Shown: piece after piece, positions 30,992 to 44,713 of the stretch
How the letters are laid out: every line of letters begins with the position of its first letter
How positions within the stretch are numbered: position 1 is the first letter of the stretch
Assembly: GCF_009914755.1 (NCBI RefSeq)
Contig: NC_060933.1
Length of the DNA: 64,000 nucleotides
Direction: 5' to 3' (one strand)
From: the human T2T-CHM13v2.0 reference genome, Homo sapiens
Notes under the pieces: model-generated
The model's input: only the letters and a program-made list of their open reading frames with translations
What the model was told of the DNA's origin: nothing
Databases searched by the model: none
Translations under genes and position numbers: made by a program

Positions 30992-31682
30992 GAAACCGCC
31001 TTCGCACAAATTCTAACAGTGAAATTGAAACCGCCTTTGCACAAATTCTAACAGTGACAAAATTATGGCAATGGGGAGACCTGATCTAGTTAACCCCATT
31101 CTTGCCCTTGACCTTCAAGTTGCCCTTAATCATTCCTGAGCTTGGGCAAGCCAACCGTGAGAGACATCTAGTTTATAGTTTAAATGATAATAGCCCTTCC
31201 CCAAAACTAAAGCTAATGAGAGACCACCAGGCTAGGAGAATAGAGGAGCCTAAATTCTGCTAAGATACAGACATAAATGATTGCTAGCCATTTGTTCAGA
31301 GGTCACGAGATATGCAACTTCCTCATGAATTCCAGCAGATAACATCAGTATTGTAGAATCTAAGATTAGCCTTTTGAGATATCCAGGTTTTTTGCATGTT
31401 TGACTACCCATGGCTCCACTGGACCTGCCAACAGCTCCCGTAGCTCCACCCATAAGTAACTCAGCATGCAGAAGAATCATTTCCCACACCCCTATGATTA
31501 CACCCCCAACCAATCAGCGGCAAGCACCCATTTCCTAGCCACTCCCAGCCCTTCCCCTAAACTACCTTTGAAAAATCCCTAATCTATGAGCCTTCGATGA
31601 GACTGACTTGAACAATAACTTCATCTCTAATGTGGTGTGGCCGACCTTGAGTTAATTTAAACTCTTTACAGCAAATACCATG
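30992..31682 (+). mobile_element. LTR8-family (best match LTR8B-like, ERV1) solo LTR, 3'-truncated
   Basis: Starts tgaaaccgcctttgcacaaatt...; internal tagtttatagtttaaatgataatagcccttccccaaaactaaa; ccaaccaatcagc. Subfamily call is from memory of the consensus. Confidence 0.78.
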
Positions 31683-31697
31683 TTTTTTGTTTTGTTT

Positions 31698-33638
<1,941 letters not shown>

Positions 33639-33822
33639 ATCTGCATAGTTTTGGATGGTATATATTTAACATGATCTTCCTGTTCTAGATAGATAAACCT
33701 CTAGATATTAGAGAGTTGTCAATTTTCACTCTTATAAACAATGCTGCAACCCTGTAAATATGAGTAAGATTTACGCTTACTTATCTCTATTTCAGAATAA
33801 CTTTCTAGGGATATAGTACACT

Positions 33823-34158
33823 CAGCAGCCCTCCATATCCATGGGTTCTGCACTCATGAATCCAACTGTGATTAAGAATAGTAGGGAAAAAATGGATGGC
33901 TGTGACTTTGTTGAACATGCACAACCATTTTTTTCTTGCCATTATTCTTTAAACAATATAGTATAACGACTATTTTTACAGCATTTGCATCGTATTATTA
34001 GTAATCTGGAGATGATTTAAGTATACAGGAGGCTGTACAAAGGTTACATACAAAACTACACCATTTTATATAAGGGACTTGGGCATCCATGAATGTTGGT
34101 ATCTTTGGGGGTGGGGGGCTCCTGGAATGAATCTCCCGCAGATATCCAGGGATGACTG
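33823..34158 (-). mobile_element. MER2 (TcMar-Tigger) DNA transposon fossil
   Basis: Imperfect TIRs cagcagccctccatatcc / gatatccagggatgactg + TA; internal MER2-like sequence. Confidence 0.85.
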
Positions 34159-34380
34159 TATTTCTAGTCCACAAGGTTGCTCATCATTGAGTAACTTCTT
34201 TTTACCTGCACATGGAGGTGTATTTTAAGTGTCCATTCAAATCAGTGATTGATGAGAATACACAGTGTATTTTTCCTCTAGGCCACAGAAACTAATTTCT
34301 GAAATGAAATTTTTTTAACTAATTGACTTTTTGCTAGTTTTTGAATAGCCCAAAGAAAATGGGATTATATTCTCAAATTC

Positions 34381-34382
<2 letters not shown>

Positions 34383-34420
<38 letters not shown>
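34383..34420. repeat. (ATC)12 microsatellite
   Basis: Direct reading. Confidence 0.97.
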
Positions 34421-34543
34421 AGCTTATGTTTTTGAGCACTTCCCACATACTTCCTTAAGCCCTTTGCTCAGAGATGGTCAGTATTTCATTGTCATAATAA
34501 CCATAATCACCTTCACCCAAATTTGTCTGAAATGCACAACTGA

Positions 34544-34879
<336 letters not shown>

Positions 34880-35240
34880 TGATTTTCATTACTTTTCTTT
34901 CAGATTAGTTTATAGATTTTTAGATTTGAGGCTTAGAAGAAAATTCCTTAGTTTAGTATAGTAGAACTATTTTCCTGTATTTTATTTAAAGCTTAATAAT
35001 ACAAATTTTAGAAGTGCAAATATATTTTATTATATTCTTTATCTCTTTATCTTTTTTATTTGTAAGATAAAAGTAAAGATTTATCTCACAAATAAATGTT
35101 TATAAAAAATGAGATAGCAAAAGCAATTATTTTAGCCTGCCTAGGAGATTTAAAAATTGGTTCCACAGATCTGTAAGAATAAACACAAACAATTTTCTAT
35201 AGACAAATTTTAAAGTATAATTTGAAGTACATCAGAAATA

Positions 35241-35767
35241 CAGTCGTCTCCCCTTATCTGCAGTTTTGCTCGCTTTCCATAGTTTCAATTACCCGTGGTT
35301 AATCACAGCCTGAAAATATTAAATAGAAAATTTCAGAAATAAGCAGTTCATAAGTTTTAAATTGCTCACTATCCTGAGTAATGTGATGAAAACGCATGTC
35401 ACCCTGCTCTGTCCTGCATGGGACGTGAATCATCCCTTTGTCCAGCATATCCATGCCCTATAAGCTACCCACCTATTAGTCACTTAAGTAGCCCTCTGGG
35501 TTATCAGGTGGGTTGTCATGGTATCACAGTGCTTGTGTTCAAATCACTCTTATTTCAATCAACAACGGCTCCAAAGTGCACAAGTAGTGATGCTGGCATA
35601 TTGCTACAATTTTCTATTTTATTAGTGGTTCTTGTTGTTAATCTCTGTGCCTCATTTATAAAAGCAACTTCATCACAGGTGTGTATGTATAAGAAAAAAA
35701 CATAGTACATATAGGGTTCAGCACTGTTTGCAGTTTCTGGCATCCACCAGGGATTTGGGGACTACTG
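35241..35767 (+). mobile_element. MER44B-like (TcMar-Tigger) fossil
   Basis: TA|cagtcgtctccccttatc ... ggggactactg TIR ends; internal aaaatattaaatagaaaatttcagaaataa. Confidence 0.82.
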
Positions 35768-36684
35768 CAGTCACTTTCTCCCAAAGTATCACCTCCATTT
35801 CTCACATCTGAGTTGTCACCATCAAAATACTCATTGTTTTGGGCCTACAAGCCTTTTAAAGTTCATTATTAAAGTTTAAATAGCCTTTTATGGGGATTCT
35901 TATCAGTTAGTGCCTTTTTCATTCATTTGTCCAGGATGTTTATTAAACCAGAACACCAGCACTCCCTGGACTAGGAAACAAGGAGCGCGCAGGCTGGGGC
36001 CCAGACTTTACACGACTCCTGAGGACAACCGACTCAGACGGGGTCCGAAGAAATTCAGATCGGTGAACGGGTGAACCACACAGAGAACTAGAAAAGGCTA
36101 CGTCGGCCCACTTCACCATTTTGCCCTGAGATGGTTCTGTGGACTTAACAAGAAAAGGAAAAGGATAAAGCCTGTGCCAGAAGAAGTGGTTCAGGAGGTA
36201 AGGGTTTCTAAGATTGTGTATGGCTTTACAATGTATAGCTCCCTCCTCCAAGTACATTTCAGAGACAAATCCTGAGCAATAAAAAACCTTGAGCAAGCTG
36301 AAAGCAATAAAAATGTACTGGAGTGTGATAAAAAGGACATTTTGCCAATTTATAATTACACTCGTAACATATAAGCTGTTTCATACTTTACAAGTTGCGC
36401 TTGCTAGGAGTCAGGTCTGTGGGTGTATGTAATCTTTCCTCTCTATACTTCTGCATAAGCCTATTTTTCTTCAAAATTTTATAGCTGTTTGTGTAGTGAC
36501 TCCAAATAAAAACAGTGAAAATACACTGATTATTTTTCAACTCTAAATACCCATTTTAAGTATAGCTGAAGAATGAAAGGATATAATCCTCCTATTGGTC
36601 CCTTGTTGCTAAGAAGCATTTCCGTTGCAGATTTTGAGTATTACATTCATTGAAAAAGTCTTATGCATATTTTATGGCATAATT

Positions 36685-37112
36685 ATTTTTATTGTGGTAA
36701 GAAACTTAACATGAAATCTATCATCTTAAACAATACAGTACCATTAACTATAGGCACAGTTTTGTACAGCAGATCGCTAGAACTTGTTTAACTGAAATTT
36801 ATGCCGAAAGAGATAGCAAGTGTTGGCAAGGATGTGAAAAAAAGGAACCCCTTTTGCACCATTGGTGGGAATGTAAATGGTGCAGCTGCAATGGAAAACA
36901 TTATGGCAAATCCTCAAAAGATTAAAAATAGAACTATCATATGATCCAGCAATCTTACTTTCGGGTATATACACCCCCCCAATATAAAATGAAGATGTTA
37001 AAGAAATTTTGGCTCTCCTATGTTCACTGCAGCATTATCCACAACAGCCAAGATGTGGAAATAACCCAAATGTCCACTGATGAGTGGAATGGATAAACAA
37101 AATATGGTATAA
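36685..37112 (-). mobile_element. Short L1MA/MB insertion with 5' inversion
   Basis: 36685-~36805 is an L1 3' end on the minus strand; ~36808-37110 is the ORF2 3' region on the plus strand; flanked by tatgg(c/t)ataatt. Confidence 0.8.
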
Positions 37113-38992
37113 TTTTTAAAATCACAAACTGAGTTGGTCTAATGTCTTAAATTGGCATGTCATTTTCAGCTTGACATTCACACCTTGAAGATTCAGTTAA
37201 ACACAGAATAGCAATCTGCATCTTTAATATCATCTCGGTGGGGCTCAGACTTTCCTGTCACTGAACTTTCTGTAGGTCCTCAGTGCTGTGAGGAGCTTAG
37301 AGGCCCAATAGCAACCTGTCCTCTGGGATTCCGTCTTCCAAGTTGGAGCAACTGGGAGAACAACAGGGGCCACTGGAACTGTCCAACAGAGTCCTGCAGC
37401 TGCAGGACAGCCATGGGGTAGATGGAGGACAGTCAGAATTCTCTGCTGCTTTCATTTCCCACAGAGCTGTTGTCCCCGTCTTCCTCCCCACAGTCAGTGC
37501 TGTGGGCTCACTTTGCAAACCACACAAGGACCGGCCTGTGAGAAACTTCCAGTAGAAAATGCTGCCACCCTGAGAAACCAGGACTTTCCAGAATCTTTCT
37601 GTCCACATGTCACCTACTTATAAACTGAGGGAGGCAGTGCTGGATTCTGTGGTGAGGCAGGGTTGGGGGGAAGGGTTTTTAACTTGGAAGATCTAAATAA
37701 ACCAGAGTTCAAGACCTGTCACAATTCCAAGTATGATGTAAATCACTCATCCCCCTTGAATTTCCCATCTTCCTTTTGCAAAATAGAGGTAATGGTGATT
37801 ACTCCTAGGATCTTATCTGAGGGAAGATGTATAGATATCAGTAAACATAATGCACTGTGGAAAATTCAAATGATTTCCACTTCAAGTACACTTTGGGATG
37901 AAGCAAGGTTGAAAGAAAATAAGGAAGACAAGGTTTTGTTTTTGTTTCTTGGGTCTTGCTCTAATAAATTCACAAAGGAGTTTGAAAGGTGATAGCGGCT
38001 GGGTGTTTCATAGCCAACAGGCCTACACATACCACAGAAACCACACAGCAAAATGTAAATTTTAAAATATGTTCCCTTCTTTTTAACTTTCAGCAAGCTT
38101 AACAGATTTCAAAATTACACTAAAACTCTCCCAGAGTTAAATGTTGTTTTTCCACCCTGGAAAAGGGAAATTAGATTGAAAAATAGAATATTAAAAAATA
38201 GGTAATAATGGAAGAAAATGCATTGGGTGGGGGCCTCTAACTACATACACTTTGGAAAAGGAAGATGTTTTCCTACTCTGTCTTTCTCGAAGAGTTGCGT
38301 CTGGTCCTACTCAAGTCTGCAGAGGGTCAGTTTCCTGTTCACTTGCTCACAGCAGCTTGCAGTCCTTCTCAGTCCCAACTTCTAATTTTATTCATTTTCA
38401 CCCCAATGTAGAATTTGTTTCTCACAGTACTCATCAACGTAAGCCACGGTTCAGTCTTCCTGATATTTTATTGTGCAATGTATATTAAATACTGTATTAC
38501 ATTTTAAAATACGAGTTATGAGATGTTAGTCACATTCATTAATCTGCATGTGAAAGTACAACTAAAATGTGGGCACGGTGAGTCCCTGGGGCCGCAGTTC
38601 TCAGGGTTTATCGAGCACATGATTTCTTTCAAGGTGAATGTGATTTAACTTAAAAAATTTTGCTGTTTTTATAAAGGACAATCAGACTTCTCTGTATTAT
38701 TTGGCATCGCTGCAGGGTTCAGACTTTGAATGAAGGCAGAAAATTAGCCTTCAGCATACAAAGTAAAGTGTCAATAATAAGAAGTAAGTGGTCACTAAAG
38801 CTAAAATCAGGAGGAAAAAAGCAGAAAGCAAAACCAAAGCAAATTCAATCCCAAAGCAAGTTTAAATGGGAAAATAAATTAAAAATTAAATTTTAAAATG
38901 ACATAGCAAATTATAAATAGAAAGAAATGAGTCTAGTCGAGTTCTGCAGCCTCCAGCCTGGAGAAGGGTGGGGTGAGATGAAAACATTCAGA

Positions 38993-39116
38993 CTTCCTTC
39001 CTTCCCTTCCTTCCCTCCCTCCCTCCCTCCCCCACTCCCCTCTCCCACTCCTCCCTTCTCCCTCCCCCTTCCCCCCTCCCCCCTTCTGCCCCTTCCTCCC
39101 TCCCTTCCTTCCTTCT
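38993..39116. repeat. C/T-rich low-complexity tract (CCCT/CCTT)
   Basis: Direct reading. Confidence 0.9.
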
Positions 39117-39825
39117 GGTGTGAACTGCACCAGCACCCTGCCCCTCACCCCTCTCACCTGCATCTCCTTTTCATCCTTTCTCCCTCTCTCAGTTGGTTCT
39201 CTGTTTGTGATAGTGTTTTAGGACCAACCACTTGGGTTCAGATTTCTTCAGAGGACAAAATGCCAGAGGGACTAGAAAGGAGGAGGGGGTTCCTATGACT
39301 CAGAGGGAAAAGAACTTGGGCCTGGAACTAAGTCTCCTGCCCCTTCTGCATGAAAGTGCCCTGGAGTCCTCAGCTGAGCAAATCCATATTCCTTTAAAAG
39401 GCAGGAAATGCATTTTGCCCAGCACTAAACTCGTCCTCACTGATAAATTCCAAACCTGAGGGGGAACAGCTGTGCCTGATCATCGCCCTCACTCCCACCA
39501 GGGAGACAGAATCCATAGAATCCACAGCGTGCCAAACAGTTTGGGATTAATGTTTCTGTGTGGAACCCTGAAGAGAGACACGTTCTGGGCTGGGATGGCA
39601 GCAAAACCACATCACTCCAGAATTCCAATCAGAGACCCGAGAGCAGCCATTCCCCCAGGCCTCTCATCCCTGTCATCCCCGGACATGTCCTCAAATCGTA
39701 TGCCGTTGATCCTCAGGTCAATCTGTCCTTTTCCGGGCTCTCTACACTCCCATCCACCCATGCACTCCCCACTACTCTTCTTCCTTCCCCACAGTTTTTT
39801 TTCTGTGCACTCTTTGACCCTCATA

Positions 39826-39934
39826 AAGAAGGGAAGGGAAAAGGAGGGGAGGGGAAGGGAAGGGAGGGAAGGGAAAAAGAAAGAAGAGAGGGAAGGGGGA
39901 TGAGGTTGAGGGGAGGAAAGAAGGAAGAAAAAAG
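39826..39934. repeat. G/A-rich low-complexity tract (AGGG/AAGG)
   Basis: Direct reading. Confidence 0.9.
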
Positions 39935-41263
39935 ACTACTTTAATCTTATCTGAGAATATTCTGGTGTAGCCTAGAAACTGAGACTGGCTCCCCAGGTGG
40001 GCAGCCCAAGGTTTCTGGTACAGGCTCTGCTTGTGTGACATGAGCTCATTACTGAGCCTCTCTAAAGTTGTATTTCTTCATCCCAAGTTAATGATGAAAA
40101 AGTAAATAATAGAATGCAGCTAAAATTCTAAAAATCTCACCTGGTACACAATAAATACTCAGTTATATTGGGTGTCAGACACTGATCTACACCTTGATTA
40201 AAACTCAGGTCTTTCTTTTGGACACCCCTGCCCTTGTAACACTCAGGAATGCAGTTTCCTCATTTCCCCTCATCTTATTTGTGGTGGGGTCTGGACACAT
40301 TTTCACCGATCTCCTTTGATTTCATAACATTGCACTTCCTCACAAAAGTAACTGAACACACACAACGAGAAAGTTATCTCTTCTCTTAAATGCCATTTGA
40401 CTATAGCTCCCTCTACCCTTCCTGGCCATTGTAATTCATTTTCTAAACTCTGAGTCATTCCCTTACACTTATCACCATCTCCTCTATCCCAAAGCCACAA
40501 TATGAACATCCTTGAGGAATACCAATAAGATCCTTTGACTTCAAGTTCCCTGATGCAAATGAGCTCCAGCTGCTTCACTTCAGCCTCATTCCCACGGCCA
40601 ACCTCATCACCACCTGGGATGGGGGCACCATCTTTGAAATCTTATTTAAACTCTGTGTTGACTGTACACCTCTAGATAGTCCCAGATCTCTCACTCCCAC
40701 ACTATAGCTTCTTTGACATGCTGACTCTTTCTGATTTTCGTTATCAGCCTCTCTTGATCTAACTGTCCTCTCCACATTGCCCAAACAGCATGGTACCATT
40801 TTTTCCAGACTCTTTTGCCAATTTGTTAGCATTTATGTAGCCAAATCCTCAATGTCAGCATGTCAGCATACCTGCAGATGCTAATTCTAGGTCAGTCTTC
40901 TCAGTTGCCTTCTCAGGTTCTGCAAACAGCTGACTATTGCTGGGGAAAACCCCCCAGCTGTGCGGGTGGGGTCCCTATTCATGGTCTCCATCCTGGGGTC
41001 TGTATGCTACGAGGACAATGGTCCTTAGCCTTGAATGAATATGGGAATCATCAGGTGGATTCTTTAACATACTGCTTAGTTCCTACTCTCTTGAGGTTTG
41101 GATTTAAGTGGTCTGGGCAGTGGTCTGGGCAGGTGTTTCCAGTGTAGAAATGTACTATTACTAGGGACTCTTGTTGTTCCCTGTCAAAATCTTTTTCCAT
41201 TCCACATCCTCTACTACACACACATAAACATTTCCTACCTTAATTCCACTTTTCCCTTATCAC

Positions 41264-41563
41264 TTTTTTGTTTGTTTGTTTGTTTTTGAGACAGGCTCTT
41301 GCTTTGTCACCCAGGCTGGAGTGCACTGGCTCGATCACAGCTCATTGCAGCCTCGATCTTCCAGACTCAAGCAATCTTCCTTAGTTTTCCGAGTAGTTGG
41401 GACTACAGGCACACACCACAACTAGGTAATTTTTGTATTTTTTTGTAGAGACAGGGGTCTCACTGTGTTGCCCAGGCTGGTCTCAGACTCCTGCACTCAA
41501 GGGATCTGCCTGCCTCAGCCTACCAAAGTGTTGGGATTACAGGTATGAGCCACAGCACCGGCT
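41264..41563 (-). mobile_element. AluJ-type element with (TTTG)n tail
   Basis: Reverse-complement Alu. Confidence 0.93.
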
Positions 41564-42089
41564 CCTTCATCACTCATATCACAGAGCTTGAATCTTCTGA
41601 ACATCAAGTAGATAAGAACAGCCATAAACTCCCTTTCAGAAATTTAAAATAAAGCATATATAATTAGCTATTTTCCTCCTGTTTCAGAAAACATCATTGT
41701 TTTTCAGTGTCTTCTGTGTTCTGGATCCTTTTCCCTGCCATCCCTCTGGGACGTTGCCCCTCAGCTACTCTGTGAGTTTCTTCTGTCTCCAAGCTGTTGA
41801 TGGGCATGGGAGTTCCACCAGCATCCCTGGCAGTGACCAGGCTCTAGTCACTCTAGCTTCCACTTCACACTGTCCCCTGCCCGTGTATGTCCCTCTTGCT
41901 ACTGCTGTCCCACTCTCTTTTTCTAAGCATCCCGACTTCTACAGAAAGTATTCATCATTTGCTCTCTCCTTTTCATTAACTCATTTCCTCTCCTCAGTCT
42001 TCTGCAATCAGGCATCTACTCTTATCCATTCATCAATTTACTGATGAACTCAGATCTATCACTAATTTATACAGATTATTTTGTTTTCA

Positions 42090-42255
42090 TTTTCACAATA
42101 ATCCTATAACGTATGTTCTATAATAACACCTATTATATAGATGAAGAAACAAGGTACAAAGTGGTTAATCAGCTAATCCAAGTTCATACAGCTAGCAAAC
42201 AGTGAACCCAGTATTTGAACCCAACTGATTTGACTCAAACTCTGCATTCTTACCT
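42090..42255 (-). mobile_element. MIR SINE
   Basis: tatagatgaagaaacaaggtacaaagtggttaa...cagctagcaaacagtgaacccagtatttgaaccca. Confidence 0.75.
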
Positions 42256-42540
42256 ACGTCCTGCTTTGTCTTCCAGTTCACCTGACATTTGCTTGCTCTG
42301 ATGACGAAACTCTGCCCTACCTGATTTGACATTCCTAGCATTCAAGTCAGTCTTGGGTTAAATAGCTGAAGTGGGACTATTATTTCCAGACTCCACTGTT
42401 AAAATGCACAAAGAAGCCAGAACAGAGGGAGTGTGCTGATGGTTTTCACTAATTATTTTCCTCTACCACATTAGCTTGGGTACCAGATCCAGCCACGTTT
42501 TTGGTGCCACAACCCAAGGAGCTGGAGGGTAAGGATCCAC

Positions 42541-42620
42541 AGAGGGGAAGGGATAGAGGAGATGAGAGGAAGGAGAGGAAAGGAGAGGAGAGAAGAGAAG
42601 AGAAGAGAAGAGAGAAAGGG
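42541..42620. repeat. GA-rich / (GAGAA)n tract
   Basis: Direct reading. Confidence 0.85.
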
Positions 42621-44080
42621 TGAGGATGACCAGCTCAGTACCCAGTGTTCTGCAGCTCTGGAAGGTAGGCCTGCCTTGACCTAAGATGTGATCCTACAGG
42701 ACCTCTGGCAACCAGAAGCTCCAAACAATGCCCAAAGCAGGTAACATGAAAAAAGATTTGGGAAGGATAAGAAATGCATATTCCTGAACCTGAACTCAGA
42801 GGTAGCTACAGCTTACTCTGCCCGGTCACAGCACACAAATGCAGTTTCCTTTCAGAAATAATTTTCGCAAAAGATTTTGTGTCATAGCTTAAGGAATTTA
42901 GCTCAGATGAAGAAAAAAAATCTTAGTATTAAGATTCTAAATAGAACAATAAAAGAAACCCATAGTACAAATTAATGAGATGTGATAGGGCTAATTTCTC
43001 TGTTTAGAGATGTTTTAACTGTGACTTGACAATACTGACATGCAAGCTCTTCAGGAGAACCTAGTTTTCATTTGAGCTTGCTTAATTAATTACCGAAGTA
43101 ATGAATTTATTCTGATTCAAGGGTAGACAACTGATTGTTAATGTAAATTTATTGGCCGTTTAACTTTTTTTATTATTTTGGAGAAGCAAGGGTGGAAAAA
43201 ATACCACCAGAGTAAATTTACATTGTGTTCTTGGGATATTTTTCAGTAATTTTTGCAAACTTCCTTACAATAAATAGAAGCCATTCCTAAACCTGAATTT
43301 ATTTTTCCTTTCAGTCAGAAGTTTAGCTAATAAAACTTTTGCCAGAGTGTAGCCCAATAGCTCCCCTGGGAACTCTTTCAACTGCGTAATTTTTTCTCTC
43401 TCTTGTAAAAAGAATGACATGGTGTCTTTAAAATGTTCAAGGCTCTGAAAGAAAGACAAGCCATTTGATATGAATGATTAATAAGGACATTAAGGAATAC
43501 AAAAGAGGAGTTTAAATATAAAAAAAATTCTCATTTTCAGAATGCAGATCAAATCTGACTTCTCTTCTATTTTTTCTGTTTCACAGACAAAATCCTGACT
43601 GAGGTTAAGTGCTAATGTTTTTAATGCCCATCTTTTATTCTCATGCTTGACACCAATCGGCTACTTCAGAACTAGTGTCTTGACACTTGAATCTTTTCCA
43701 CAGCACCAAAGGTTATTCCACAAGGACATCTGCGAAAGGAAGAATATATTTCTAACGCAATAAACAAAGGATTTTATGCAAAGCCTATTTAGACAGGAAA
43801 TGGAAACCCGGATGGCAGAGAAGCCATGTTGTTCAGGTCCTGCTATTTATGAGGGTGAGTTTTCCTTGAGAAACGCATGTCTCTTTATAAGCAGAAACCT
43901 CTGTAAGGTAATCCAGCAGTGACGGAATGAGATATAATATTACGTTTTAATCAAAAAGAGAGTCATTAAGAATATGGCATTATTATTTATATTTATTCTT
44001 ATCCATATTATTTTTTAAAGTATTAGGAAAATATTCATTGTGGAGATGATTTAAGAATCTATCCATATGAGGAAATAAAG

Positions 44081-44713
44081 TATTACCTGAAAGGGGTCCC
44101 GATCCAGATCCCAAAAAAGGGTTCTTGGACCTTGTGCAAGAAACAAATTGGGACAAGTCCAGAAAGTGAAAGCAAGTTTATTAAGAAAGTAAAGGAATGA
44201 AAGAATGGCTACTCCAGAGGCAGAGCAGCAGCATGGGCTGCTCAAATAAATATAGTTATTTCTTTATTATATGCCAAACAAGGGGTGGATTATTCATGAG
44301 TGTTCCAAGAAAGGGGCAGGCAATTCCCAGAACTGAGGGTTCCTCCCCACTTTAGACCACATAGCATAACTTCTGGACGTTGCCATGGCATTTGTAAACT
44401 GTCATGGCGCTTGTAAACTGTCATGGCGCTGGTGGAAGTGTCTTTTAGCATGCTAATGAATTATAATTAACTTATACTGAGCAATAAGGATGACCAGAGG
44501 TCACTCTCATAGCCTTCTTGGTTTTGGTGGGATTTGGCCAGCTTCTTTACCGTATCCTGTTTTATCAGCAAGGTATTTGTGACCTGTATCTTACGCCGAC
44601 CTCCTGTCTCATCCTGTGACTAAGAATACCTTAACCTCCTAGGAATGGAGCCCAACAGGTCTCAGCCTCAGTATTCCCAGCCCCTATGCAAGATGGTTCA
44701 AATGCTTCTGATA
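44081..44713 (-). mobile_element. MER41B (ERV1) solo LTR, full length (~633 bp)
   Basis: Minus strand begins tatcagaagcatttgaacc...ggggctggg...aggctgagacct and ends ...gggatctggatcgggacccctttcaggtaata, matching the MER41B termini; tandem GAS region present. Confidence 0.9.
44303..44332. promoter_or_regulatory. Tandem GAS (STAT) motifs within MER41B
   Basis: TTCCAAGAA (44303-44311) and TTCCCAGAA (44324-44332), both TTCN3GAA, starting 21 bp apart. Function is inferred. Confidence 0.6.

Noticed and set aside
35955-35975. REST/NRSE-like word cagcactccctggacta
   Set aside because: Wrong half-site spacing and mismatches in both halves.
38927-40041. Cluster of overlapping Pro-rich and Gly/Arg/Glu-rich ORFs
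   Set aside because: Products of low-complexity C/T and G/A tracts that lack stop codons.
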